In this document: piece after piece, positions 9,868 through 20,293 of the stretch
How positions within the stretch are numbered: the first letter of the stretch is position 1
How the letters are laid out: each line of letters opens with the position of its first letter
Origin: a bacterium
GTDB lineage: Bacteria > UBA8248
Reading direction: 5' to 3'
Length of the DNA: 64,000 bases
Assembly: GCA_963692865.2 (NCBI GenBank)
Contig: OY843592.1
Coordinates: 192,001-256,000 of the forward strand
Made by a program: the position numbers and the translations under genes
Notes under the pieces: generated by a model
Told to the model about the DNA's origin: nothing
The model's input: the letters and a program-made list of their open reading frames with translations, nothing else
Database searches by the model: none

Positions 9868-10234
9868 GACTTTTTCAACAGCCTTGGATGAAAACCCCAC
9901 GCAGCAGACGGACGATCTCGGGGCTGTTGAGAAAGTCCTTATTTCGAGATTCGGCGTATGAAAACAGCCGGAGAGGGGGTGCGTAGCGGACAGGCCCTTT
10001 GGCCTGTCCGAGGTCGCGACTTGTCCCTACGGAGTGGAACGGTTTTGTTCGTCACTCCAGCGAAAGCCGGAATGACGGAGGCGGTCAATTCCGAGCAGGG
10101 GGGAGTGATTTTATAAACCGAGGGGGAGGGGCAAATCAGGGGGTAGAGGGGGTTGCCTTTATCCCCTGACAAGGCGGACAGGGCAGGTTGCTCCTATGGG
10201 GTTTTCCCGTAAATGGGGTTTTTTCAACAACCCC
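9868..10234. repeat. MITE/REP composite repeat of the same family as 3622-4036
   Basis: GACTTTTTCAACAGCC (9868), GGGCTGTTGAGAAAGTC (9921), TTTTTCAACAACCCC (ends 10234); shares the CCTTGTCAGGGG motif (reverse strand, about 10163). Confidence 0.65.
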
Positions 10235-10347
10235 GTCTTCTCCGGCTTGCAGGCCTTACTCGTCATTCCCGGCGCTTCTCGTTTCCAAACCCGGGGGTAA
10301 CCCAATGGCGCAGCATCAACCGATGTTGAAATTTTCAAAAACTGATT

Positions 10348-11625
10348 CTAACAGCCCAGCCCCTGGGACATCTGGCAATAACTGGAGAGAGGAAAGAACG
10401 CCAACGTCCGATGCCAGTCGGCTTTGTCGATGAGCGACTGGTTCATCAGTTCGATCATTTCCTCGAATTTGCGGAGCGCGTCGCAACCCACCGCTTCGGG
10501 GTCCGCCACCTTTCGATGCTGCGGCCAGGCGTGGTCGCGAGCGTATCGCCAGAATCCGCTGTCGTACTTCGAACCGCAGGAATAATGCCAACCGACGAAC
10601 AAGCCGAAGCAGAGCATGGTATTGGTGAGGTATCGATTGACCACAGGAGCGTCGCGCTCGAGGTGTTCTACCGGACGATTAAGGCGCGTATGGAGAGCCA
10701 TCCCGACCTCCACCTGTACGGATACGATCGCCGTTGCCTCGAGGGGTTCCATGAAGGCGGCTGCGTTGCCGATGCGGGCCACCGCGCCATCGTACATGTG
10801 ACGATGGATAAAATTGGGGAACGGAATGACGGCGCGTTGCTCGAACTCCGGGACGCCGTCGGTTTCAAGCACCGCGTCAAAATCCGATTCGACCTCGGCG
10901 AGGCCGGATACGTCGCGGTTGAAGACGTACCCGTAGGTTGTGTGTGTTGCAAGCGGAATAACGACTATCCAACCATGCGGACGCGCAACCGCCCGGGTAT
11001 AGGTAGGTTGCAGAACCAGCCCATCCCGCTCTTCTTTGACGATCGCCGGGCAGCGGCGGATGACGGCCGTATTGGTGGGGATGAAAGAGAGGTCGATGTG
11101 CCGGTCGGGATCCAGTTCTCCGGGAAACCCTTTGGCGTCGAAGACCAGGTCGTAGCGTTCCGGCGGCAGCCCCTCGAACTCCACTCGAGCGCCGCCCTCC
11201 ACCCTGGTGATATCGAGCACTTTCGCGTCGATGTGGCGCGCGCGCGTGCTTTCGTGCAGCAGGTCCGCCATCAAGTCGACGGACAGGTGATAGGCGTAGG
11301 ACACCTGTTGCGGCGTGAAATAGTGGGTGAAGTCCTGATTGCGCCGACCCCATCCCTCGAACACCACGCCGTACTTGCGAGTTCCATTCAAGCGCTGCTG
11401 GACGGTTTCATGGGGAAGATTCGTAAGTTGACACAATTCCTGAACAAGGCTCGGCCAACAGCCTTCGCCCACTCCGAGGGCCGGGATGCGCGAGTCATAT
11501 ATGTGGTGCAGTTCGTGGTCGCTCTCGGATAGAAGACGAGTGACGTGGGCGGCCGCAAGGGACCCTGCGGTTCCCCGCCCGACAACCGCGATCTTCCGTA
11601 AAGATTCAGCGCCCGGCCGTATCAT
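10348..11625 (-). CDS. Flavin-dependent halogenase, tryptophan halogenase family (candidate peptidyl halogenase)
   Basis: GRGTAG FAD motif, GVGEG, catalytic Lys in GTRKYGVVFEGW, GWIVVIPL (WxWxIP variant), FMEPLEAT. Confidence 0.88.
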   Translation of the reverse strand: MIRPGAESLRKIAVVGRGTAGSLAAAHVTRLLSESDHELHHIYDSRIPALGVGEGCWPSLVQELCQLTNLPHETVQQRLNGTRKYGVVFEGWGRRNQDFTHYFTPQQVSYAYHLSVDLMADLLHESTRARHIDAKVLDITRVEGGARVEFEGLPPERYDLVFDAKGFPGELDPDRHIDLSFIPTNTAVIRRCPAIVKEERDGLVLQPTYTRAVARPHGWIVVIPLATHTTYGYVFNRDVSGLAEVESDFDAVLETDGVPEFEQRAVIPFPNFIHRHMYDGAVARIGNAAAFMEPLEATAIVSVQVEVGMALHTRLNRPVEHLERDAPVVNRYLTNTMLCFGLFVGWHYSCGSKYDSGFWRYARDHAWPQHRKVADPEAVGCDALRKFEEMIELMNQSLIDKADWHRTLAFFPLSSYCQMSQGLGC

Positions 11626-11923
11626 CTCGCATCACTTTCGTAAGTATCGCTCCATACGCCTTCACTAACCATAGATGAAATTGCGGATATGAGCCAGTAT
11701 TAAATCCGGCGTATGGACGTTCATGGACGCCCGCCGGAATACAGGCGCGCCTTCGAACGATTCGGGGTTCGCGGCCGGGCGCAGTCGCATGCAAGACCTC
11801 TCGCTTGCGGCGTTTCATTCGGAAATGACGCACTCGAGTCGACGACTTCTTCTTGCGTGTCAACTCATACCTCCCCTCCAAAATACTCCCCCATGCCCGG
11901 TTTATTTTCACTCCCCCCTTCCG

Positions 11924-12225
11924 GGGACTGTTGAATAACTCCCATATGCAATCCCTACAAACCGCCGACGCCTCTTTCCTCACCCAGAATAGCCGCCGGA
12001 GGTCAAACGCGACTGAGAAGGGGTTGTTGAAAAAGCTTCATCAATCGGAATCGGCGCGTAGGGGCGAACCTGTGTGTCCGCCCGTATGGCCCGAAAAAAC
12101 GAGGGCGGAGTGTAGGAGCCGCATACATGCGGCCCATGACGGGCGGCGAAAAAAGGCCGGGACGCATATATGCGTCCCCTACACCCTCTCCTCAGAAGGA
12201 CTTTTTCAACAGCCCCTGTCAGGGG
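11924..12225. repeat. MITE/REP composite repeat
   Basis: GGGGTTGTTGAAAAA (12020)...TTTTTCAACAGCCCC (12202-12216) enclosing GTAG palindromes (about 12058, 12112 and 12159-12182). Confidence 0.7.
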
Positions 12226-12784
12226 AGCTTTCTCAAGAACCCTGAATGCGCCGCCCGCTTCCATTCAGCCCGTACGCCGGCGCCGGTCGCAACTCGCTCA
12301 TTCGTCACCTTTGGGTTTGAGCCGGTATTTTTGAACTGTCGTTACACGGCGCCGAAGCATGGCCATAACCGAGCAGTATCGAACCGGATTCTTGAGATGA
12401 GCGCGAACCGGCCCCACCTGCACGCGGAGAAGTCATTTTGAACCCGCTTGCGGTTTGACCACGGATTTTGAAAGGCCGGTTTCCAATCGATTCCAGGGAA
12501 CGAGTGTATGAAAACAACATCCACATGTGCGGGGAATTTCACAATGGAAAGAACGGACTCGCGTTTCTGAATTCCTGAACAATTCGATAAATCATTGTCA
12601 TGAACCCCGTGGCCGCGCAATAGTGCGATTGGCCACGCATATATAAGATAACTTATTGTTTATAATACCATATTTCTGTTATTCTCTACTCCGATTCCCC
12701 TTGCGTTTTCGTCATACATATGCTTGAATACCCTCCAGTTTGATGCCGTATATATGCGATTTGATTACAGACTTAGGAGGGAAG

Positions 12785-13963
12785 ATGCCGAAGCGAAGCG
12801 ATCTGAAACTCACCAAGCGCACCGTCGACGCGCTGGAGGTCGGCGGGAAGGACGCGGTTTTCTGGGACCGGGAGCTGGCGGGCTTCGGGCTGCGCGTCCA
12901 CGCTACGGGACGGAAGACCTACGTTGTGCAATCAAGAGGGCCATCGGGGCCGAAGCGCGTGACGCTCGGCCGCCACGGGGAGATGGCCGTCGATGAAGCC
13001 AGGAAAGGGGCCGCCCTCGTTATCGACCGCATCAAGCGCGGCGAGGATTTGAGCGCTGCGGCGCCTAAGGCGGAGACCACCGTGGCGGGACTCGCCGGGC
13101 GCTTCATGCGCACCCACGTGGAGAAACACCTGAAACCCGCCAGCGTCGCCGCGTACCGCACGGTGCTCGACAGACACGTCCTGCCCGCCCTGGGCGGTAT
13201 GGGACTGGAAGAAGTGGGCGGGGCGCAAGTCACGGAACTTCATCACGGCCTTCGCGATACGCCGGTCCTGGCGAACCGTGCGGTGCACCTGCTCTCGCGG
13301 ATGTACACCCTCGCGGAAGCGTGGGAACTTGTCCCGCCCGGGCGGAACCCCTGCAGTGCGGTGCGCCGCTTCAGGACGCGCAAGCGCGAGCGGTTCCTGG
13401 CGCCTGAGGAATACCGGCGCCTGGGCCGTGCACTCAAACAGGCCGAGGCCGAAGACGAAATATGGCCGCCCGCGGTCGCGGCGGTCCGGCTGCTCGTCCT
13501 GACCGGGTGCCGCAGGGGCGAGATACTCAACCTCAGGTGGGACGACGTGGACCGCACGGCGGGCGATCTGAGGCTTCGGGACGCCAAGGCGGGTCCCCGG
13601 ATGGTCCCCCTGACGAGGCCCGTGCTCGGGGTGCTCGACGCCATCCCCCGTACTGAAGACAACCCCTGGGTGATCGCGGGCCAGAGGGCCGGGAGGCCCC
13701 TCACGGGCCTGCACCACTACTGGCGGCCTGTCCGGGAGCGGGCGGGGCTCGCGGACGTAAGGCTTCACGACTTGAGGCACTCCTACGCATCGAGGGCGCT
13801 TGCGCTGGGCGAGAGCCTCTACACCATCGGCAAATTGCTCGGCCACGCGAGCGTGGCGACGAGCGCGCGCTACGCGCACCTGATGCGAAAGGCCGAGAGG
13901 GAGGCGGCGGTGAGGGTGGGCGGGAGCATCGGCGCCCACGTCGCGAACGGGAGGATTGTGTAA
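12785..13963 (+). CDS. Tyrosine recombinase/integrase with arm-type DNA-binding N-terminus (copy 1)
   Basis: AGGAGG RBS before ATG 12785; FWDRELAGFGLRV arm domain; GCRRGE, HDLRH, LLGH, RY catalytic motifs. Confidence 0.93.
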   Translation: MPKRSDLKLTKRTVDALEVGGKDAVFWDRELAGFGLRVHATGRKTYVVQSRGPSGPKRVTLGRHGEMAVDEARKGAALVIDRIKRGEDLSAAAPKAETTVAGLAGRFMRTHVEKHLKPASVAAYRTVLDRHVLPALGGMGLEEVGGAQVTELHHGLRDTPVLANRAVHLLSRMYTLAEAWELVPPGRNPCSAVRRFRTRKRERFLAPEEYRRLGRALKQAEAEDEIWPPAVAAVRLLVLTGCRRGEILNLRWDDVDRTAGDLRLRDAKAGPRMVPLTRPVLGVLDAIPRTEDNPWVIAGQRAGRPLTGLHHYWRPVRERAGLADVRLHDLRHSYASRALALGESLYTIGKLLGHASVATSARYAHLMRKAEREAAVRVGGSIGAHVANGRIV

Positions 13964-13965
13964 GG

Positions 13966-15135
13966 ATGGCGAAACCTGAACACGGGACACTGTCGAACCG
14001 AGCGGTCGGGAAGCTCGCGGTGGAGAAAGACACGGTGTACTGGGACCGGGAACTCACGGGCTTCGGCGTGAGGGTGTATCCCACCGGCTCGAAAGTCTAC
14101 GTCGCCCAGGCCCGGGGTCCCGAGGGTCCCAGGAGGGTGGCGGTGGGCCGCCACGGGGTGATCAACGCGGATGAGGCGAGGAAGCGCGCCGCCCACATCA
14201 TCGCGAGGATCAAGGCGGGCGAGGAGGCTATCCCCAAGCCGATGAAGCCAGTGGGAGGCCCCACGGTGACCGAACTCTGCGCGCGCTATCTTGCCGAATA
14301 CGTCTCGGTGCGGTGCAAGCCGGGCACAGCCACGCTCTACCGCTCGGTGATCGACCGCCACCTCCTGCCCGCCCTGGGCAGGACGCCGCTGGCCGCGCTT
14401 TCCCGCGCGCGGGTGGCGGAATTCCATGAAAGCCTGTACGAGACGCCCGCGGTGGCAAACACGGCGCTCCGCGTCCTGTCCGCGATGTACGAGCAGGCCC
14501 GGGGCTGGGGACTGCTGCCCGAAGGAACATCAAATCCCTGCCGAGCCCAGGTGAAATACCCCGAGCGCAGGCGCGAGCGGTTCCTGACGGATTCGGAGTT
14601 CATCCGCCTGGGAGAGGTCCTCGACGAGGCTGAGGCCCGGGGCGGCGCCTCCGCATCCGCGGTGGCGGCTATCCGGCTGCTCGCGCTGACGGGGTGCCGC
14701 AGGAGCGAGATACTCAAACTGCGCCGGGAAGACGTGGCGCTCGAAGCGGGCGAGCTGAGACTCCCCGATTCCAAGACGGGCGCGCGGGCCGTCGCGCTGC
14801 CGCCGCAGGCGGTCGAGCTCCTCGGAAGCCTCCTTGACGCCCACGACGGCCCCTGGGTCATCCCGGGCAGGAAGCCGGGGACGCGCCTTGCGAACGTCGA
14901 CGAGGCCTGGCGGGCGATCAGGAAGCGCGCGGGCCTCGAAGGCGTGAGGTTGCACGACCTGCGCCATTCCTACGCCTCGCGCGCCCTGGCGCTCGGTGAG
15001 CCGCTGCCCGTCATCGGGAAACTCCTGGGCCACAGCCGGCTGGAAACGACGGCGCGTTACGCGCACCTCGCGCGCGATACGGCGCAGGAGGCGGCCGAGC
15101 GGGTCGCGGAGAGCATCGCTGCGGATATACTTTAA
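13966..15135 (+). CDS. Tyrosine recombinase/integrase with arm-type DNA-binding N-terminus (copy 2)
   Basis: YWDRELTGFGVRV; GCRRSE, HDLRH, LLGH, RY; starts 2 bp after copy 1. Confidence 0.93.
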   Translation: MAKPEHGTLSNRAVGKLAVEKDTVYWDRELTGFGVRVYPTGSKVYVAQARGPEGPRRVAVGRHGVINADEARKRAAHIIARIKAGEEAIPKPMKPVGGPTVTELCARYLAEYVSVRCKPGTATLYRSVIDRHLLPALGRTPLAALSRARVAEFHESLYETPAVANTALRVLSAMYEQARGWGLLPEGTSNPCRAQVKYPERRRERFLTDSEFIRLGEVLDEAEARGGASASAVAAIRLLALTGCRRSEILKLRREDVALEAGELRLPDSKTGARAVALPPQAVELLGSLLDAHDGPWVIPGRKPGTRLANVDEAWRAIRKRAGLEGVRLHDLRHSYASRALALGEPLPVIGKLLGHSRLETTARYAHLARDTAQEAAERVAESIAADIL

Positions 15136-15560
15136 AGCTATCGGGAAGTGTCCCTGCAAGCTCGTGTCAAACGGCGAACGGGGCCGGGGGCGCACACCGA
15201 CCCCCGGGGACTCTTGATGAACATTTTCAAACTGCTGACTCCTTGTGAAAATCCAAACCTGAAAACGATTGATTTGGACCGAGAACGGGCGGCCCGCCGC
15301 CACTGATGAGAGCGGCTTGGCACGGAGGAAAACAGCACCACTGCGCGGGTTGTGCCAATGGGGCGTATGGAAGGCCTTGTAGAATTCTGAGTAACTGGCA
15401 ACTCGTCTTGTTAGCTTCTAATCCAGGTTTGTGTTAGAGGGTGTATGCTTTATAGTCATCTAGGCACGACTGCTGATATCTTTCGGGCAGCTATCCATCA
15501 AAAGAAAATGGTCACCGCCTGCATATCATTGAGGTTTTTCGGTACAGCACTATTCTCAAG

Positions 15561-16760
15561 GTGAGGAAATACATGCATTTCACCGTTAGTCCCGCAGAGT
15601 TGGAATGCATCGTAAATAGCCTGAAATCTCAAACCAGACAAAGCGAACCCCAGATTGTGGAGTCATGCTTCACGAAGGCAGTTGAAAATGGATTCGCCGA
15701 TTATCCAGACATTCAAGACATTTTATGTTACTCGGATGCCCGGATAGAATCAATTTATCATGGGATATCTGTAGAGCGATGGTGCGAAATATTTTCAGTT
15801 CACAGGCGATATTTCTACCCAACACCACGCCGCAAACAATCGTCTGTTGATGGAGATTGCGGTGTCTCTGCAGAAGACTTGGCTGATTTATTGATATATT
15901 TAGAACGTACCGGTTACTCGATCGAGCCGCTTTCGCTTGTGACCAAGCTGTCATCCGAGCTGGCTGATCATGCGTTCGTTTCCCATGCAGGGCTTCATGT
16001 TCTCTGGTACGAGAAAACGAGACACAAAACCCCTCCTATTTTCTTCATGGTTGAATCAGACGAGGTGGGTCAGGGACGACGCGAAGAGAAATTCAAGACT
16101 GCAACAGGATACAAAGTCGAAGTTACCTGGAACAATGATTCCAGACCAATTGAACTTGTTGTCAAGGCTCCGAAATTTCGTTCGAGACCTGCTCAAGACC
16201 TCCTCAAAATTGGCTAAGTGCGAGGTCTGCGGCCTAGAGTGGTATCGTGGAGCCCCAGATTCCAGCGCCGAACACCGCAAAGAACACAAAAAACGTCTGA
16301 AGTACTTAGATCCAAAACCGAATCCTCGCTTCGGCAAGAAATACCAAGCTGAAGATGGTCTTTTACATATCATAGCCAATTCCCCGAAGTGGATGCATCG
16401 CGAGATTTATTTGCGCGCCTTGGCCTTCAAAGAGAACTTGGATACGACCTCGTCCAGTGGGGTGTTCCGAATAGTGATACAGATCCCAATGCCCGCGGAT
16501 ACCTGTTCATAAATCCCGAAAATATCGCCGCTGGCACCTGCGCGTTTAGATGGCGTGAATACGAAGACAAATCCTTCTGGTGCTTGCAATGGATATGGAC
16601 TACCTCCAAATATCGCCGAACAGGCGTGTTGAGTAAACACTGGAAAGCCCTTCGGCAACTTCATGGTGATTTTCTTGTTGAAGGTCCCGTTTCAGACGCA
16701 ATGCTTGCATTTATTGACAAGAAAGGTGACCAAGACCTCTTGAAAATCCCAAAGATATGA
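15561..16760 (+). pseudogene. Frameshifted protein with C2H2 Zn finger plus GNAT acetyltransferase (Eco1/ESCO-like architecture)
   Basis: Three reading-frame pieces joined by single-A indels at about 16206-16209 and 16429-16431; CEVCGLEW..DSSAEHRKEH, then WIWTTSKYRRTG..VEGPVS. Confidence 0.6.
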
Positions 16761-16953
16761 AAAAAGGAACAACTCCTTTCCAATTAGTATTGGAATATCC
16801 AAGGGGTAGCGTTATTCCGATCACAGGGCAAGAAGACGACAACACCCATCACTCCCGAAACATGCGCGCCCTGACACTGGGCAGCATCTCTGAAGGAGAG
16901 CGGCGCGGCCCCGCCCGGGGAATCGGAGAGGAAAGAACCACCGTCCAAGAGCC

Positions 16954-17060
16954 GTGAAGCTCATCGCCCGGGCGCTCGAGGACGCGGACGGCTGGATGAA
17001 CCTGGGCAGCGTCGATAGCCGCATTCTCGGGGCGCCGCCGTCTTCTCGATTCGGCCCGTA
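16954..17060 (+). pseudogene. Fragment resembling an OST-HTH/LOTUS domain
   Basis: VKLIARALEDADGWMNLGSVDSRI; no complete ORF. Confidence 0.3.
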
Positions 17061-17094
17061 GGGCGGTTCCAGGCGCAACTCCCCTGCGGTTTTC

Positions 17095-19932
17095 CTACAG
17101 TTCCATGCCCCGATCCGATCGGGTCTTCTCAATCACCGGCGTCCGCCTCTCCATTGCCTGCGTCGCCTCGTTCGGCTTCTCCGCCCCGATGCTCTCCGCC
17201 TTGCCCGCTCCTATCGCCTCGAGCGCCGCGACCCGCTCGCCCGTCGCGGCCTCCAATCGCTCACGCAGCGCCTTCGCGTCGTCGGTCACGAGTTCCGCCT
17301 TATCCCGGGCGCGGCTGATCTCGACGTAGAGCGTCTTCTGGTTGGTGAGGTCGGGGTGGTTGGCCTCCATGGCGGCGATGACGGTATCGACCGTCCGGCC
17401 CTGGAAGGCGTGGACGGTCGAGGCCCATGCGCGGTCGATATGGCGAAGCTGCGGAACGCCGGCGGCCATGACGATCGTGCGCCCGTCCTCGATGCGGAAG
17501 GTGACGCGGCCTTTCCTGATGCCCGTCACCTCGGCGGCCTGGCTGTTGACCAGGCCGAGTTCCCTGTCGTTCCGGGTCCAGCGGACTCTGTCGCCTGCGC
17601 GCAGCTCTATCCGCTCGACCTTGTAGACCTCGACACCTCCGGTACGCGCCGCGAGGCGGCCCGGCTCCCAGCGAACCTCCCCTCCATGCATGCCCTGCAG
17701 GATGACCGCGCCCTTCGCGTGATCCACGCCCTTCACGCGCAGCTCGTCTCCCTTCTCGACGCCCAGGCGCTTGTAGCGGCGTTCGAAGGCGACGACGTCG
17801 CCGGGCGAATAGTTCGCGGCGAGCGATTTCTCGGGGTTCGTGTAGCCGCGCGAGACGAGGCGATTCGTGCGGAAGGCCGGGCCGCAGACGGCGCCCTCCC
17901 GGACCAGGCGCTCGCGGACGATGGCGTTGATCTTCTCGCGGATCGCGTGGCTCGGCGCCATGAGCCCCGCCCGTTCGCGCGCCTCGGGCGGGAGCGCGAG
18001 CCAGCGCGCGGCGGCGGCGCCCGCGAGGTTGTCGGCCTTCACTTCGGCCACGTTGGAACCGAGCTTCTCGAAGGCGCGCCTTACGTCGCCCGCGAGGGTG
18101 GCCTCGACGGCGGCTTTCAGGTCCGGTTCGCGCTGGCGCATGATCTCGCTCATGGTGACCGTCTTCATGCCCGCGGCCTGCAGCTGCGCGAAGGGTTTCC
18201 CGGCGTCGACGGCGTCGAGCTGTTTCTCATCGCCCACCAGAACGACCCGCGGCATGCGCAGTACCTCCGAGATGCGGAGCAGTTCGCGCATCTCGCGCGT
18301 GGAAGCCAGGGATCCCTCGTCCACGACGAGAGCGGTCCTGCGCCAGGCGGAGCGCATCTTCTTCTCGCCCCCTCTCGTGAGGCGGCCTTGGGCTACCCCT
18401 GCGTTTCGCGCGAGGAAGCGCTGGAGCGTCTCGCTCTCGATCCCCGCTTCCGCTTCGAGCGTCCTTGCGGCGGAGGCCGAAGGCGCCAGGCCCCGGACCT
18501 CGTAGCCGCGTTTCTCGAACAGGGCGCGGGCGCGCTTGAGCATCTTCGTCTTGCCGGTGCCCGCATAGCCCTGCACGCCCACCACGCGATCAGGGTCCGC
18601 GAGGATCAGCTTGACCGCCTCTCTTTGGCCCTGCGTCAGCGGTCCCCTGTGCAGATGCCGATCCACCATCCAGCCCCGCATGGCGGGCGCGCCCCGTCCG
18701 CGGCCGGCCTCCACGAGGGCGATGGTCTCTCGCTCCGCCGCCGCGGCCTTCTCCGTCGTGAGCATGTCCTTCATTCCCGGCAGGTCCGCCGCGTGCAGGA
18801 CGCCCGATTTTTCGAGTCTCGCCACTTCTCGTTCGGCGCCCGCCATCGACACCGCGCCGGGCCGCCAGGCGAGCGCGCCCGCGAGCAGGGCCGCGCGGTC
18901 GAAGACCGCCTCTCGTTCCGCGAGGTGCGCCACGGCCCAGTCCACGGCCTCCCGGGCGGGTTCGACTTCCGCCGCGCTCAGACCTGCGTCGCGGGACATG
19001 GCGCGCCTCTCCATCGCCTGCGCCTTGAGGGCGGCGGCGTCGAAGCCCAGCTCCTTCGCCTGCTTCTCCCATACGGCCATGAGCGCCGACTTGTCGGCTT
19101 CCCGCTTGGGGTCCCTCGTCATGAGCGTCACCCGCTGGGCCGCGCGCTGGTTCCCGGCCGTCTTGCCGAGTCCGCGTTCTTCCATCGCCTTCTCGATCTC
19201 CGCCCGCCTGCTCGAGAACGCCTCGATCACCTCGCGCGATACGCCCTCGATCTCGAAGCGCCCGTCCGCGTGGGTCTTCTCGACCCGGTAGCCGAACCCC
19301 TCGAGGCCGCGGGCGAGTTCGGTCCGGTATATCGCGCCGATCAGCATCTTCTGGGCGTAGAGCTTCTCGTTGGACATCGTGCGCCACTTGCCATCGGCGC
19401 CACGCACCATGTTGGCGATGACCGCGTGCGTGTGGAGCAGGGGGTCCATGTTGCGCGAGGTGTTGTGCCTGAAAGTCGCGACGACGCTCTTCTGGTCGCC
19501 GACACGGATCATGCGCCCGGTCCCGGGCTCGCTCATCCTGGTCTCTGCGGCGTTGCGCTCCACCCAGTCCAGGGTGCCCGACACGGCCACCTCGTGGGCC
19601 CACATCGCGCGCCCGTCGCCCCCGAGGTAGGTCAGCAGCGAGACGGACTTGGGCGCCGAGAGGGTGAGGTCGCGGCCGGGACGGTGGTGGATGACGCCGT
19701 CCTTGCCCCTCTTCCCGAGCCTTTGTCCCGAGCCGTCCGGCACCACGCCCTCGAGCACGGAGCGCAAGACTTCCGGATCCACCGGACCCGACAGCCCCAG
19801 GTCCTCGGCGCCCCTGCCGCGCCAGGTGCTCGACTCCCGGTGGTGCGGGGAGTCCTTCGCGTAGTAGTCGTCGCGCTCGAAGTAGGCGACGCACTGCGCC
19901 GGCGCGGCGACGGCGCCGATCGATGCGACCAT
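17095..19932 (-). CDS. MOBF (TrwC/TraI-like) conjugative relaxase-helicase
   Basis: YFERDDYY N-terminal tyrosines, DLTLSAPKSVS, HNTSR..DPLLHTH (HUH), helicase GYAGTGKT, VVDE, TVHAFQG. Confidence 0.93.
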   Translation of the reverse strand: MVASIGAVAAPAQCVAYFERDDYYAKDSPHHRESSTWRGRGAEDLGLSGPVDPEVLRSVLEGVVPDGSGQRLGKRGKDGVIHHRPGRDLTLSAPKSVSLLTYLGGDGRAMWAHEVAVSGTLDWVERNAAETRMSEPGTGRMIRVGDQKSVVATFRHNTSRNMDPLLHTHAVIANMVRGADGKWRTMSNEKLYAQKMLIGAIYRTELARGLEGFGYRVEKTHADGRFEIEGVSREVIEAFSSRRAEIEKAMEERGLGKTAGNQRAAQRVTLMTRDPKREADKSALMAVWEKQAKELGFDAAALKAQAMERRAMSRDAGLSAAEVEPAREAVDWAVAHLAEREAVFDRAALLAGALAWRPGAVSMAGAEREVARLEKSGVLHAADLPGMKDMLTTEKAAAAERETIALVEAGRGRGAPAMRGWMVDRHLHRGPLTQGQREAVKLILADPDRVVGVQGYAGTGKTKMLKRARALFEKRGYEVRGLAPSASAARTLEAEAGIESETLQRFLARNAGVAQGRLTRGGEKKMRSAWRRTALVVDEGSLASTREMRELLRISEVLRMPRVVLVGDEKQLDAVDAGKPFAQLQAAGMKTVTMSEIMRQREPDLKAAVEATLAGDVRRAFEKLGSNVAEVKADNLAGAAAARWLALPPEARERAGLMAPSHAIREKINAIVRERLVREGAVCGPAFRTNRLVSRGYTNPEKSLAANYSPGDVVAFERRYKRLGVEKGDELRVKGVDHAKGAVILQGMHGGEVRWEPGRLAARTGGVEVYKVERIELRAGDRVRWTRNDRELGLVNSQAAEVTGIRKGRVTFRIEDGRTIVMAAGVPQLRHIDRAWASTVHAFQGRTVDTVIAAMEANHPDLTNQKTLYVEISRARDKAELVTDDAKALRERLEAATGERVAALEAIGAGKAESIGAEKPNEATQAMERRTPVIEKTRSDRGMEL

Positions 19933-20293
19933 ATCAGTGATTCCCCAGGTAATTACAGCCGTTCCCGTTCATATGCCCCTCTCCTTCGCGTTCGAACCCC
20001 TCGCCCCGAGCCTCCGGCGTCATGCGGACGGGGGCCCGCATCGCCCGCAGGCAGGACAAAATAAGGCAAAAAAAACCGTTGGCAAGGGTTTTTTCTAGCT
20101 GGTTGCCTGCGCTTTTTCCGCATACGCGCCCTCAAGTACCACCGGCTGCGCGGGGGCATGATCTTTTTTTTTCGCAGCGCCCCGCCCCGCGCCGGCGAGA
20201 GGCCGAGGCGGGCCGTGAGGGGGTGCGGGTCCGGGCCGGAGAGGCCGGGCGGCGCCCGCGATCCCCTCACCCGCTAACCCGGAGGCGCGACCC

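Noticed and set aside
11626-12720. Stand-alone NHLP/Nif11 precursor upstream of the halogenase
   Set aside because: No ORF with a leader motif or double-Gly site found; the best RBS leads to ATG-AGT-TGA.
12240-12780. tRNA/tmRNA integration target next to the integrases
   Set aside because: No tRNA cloverleaf or T-loop motif recognisable at either end of the island.
17356-20064. 902-aa plus-strand ORF
   Set aside because: Antisense shadow of the relaxase in high-GC DNA.
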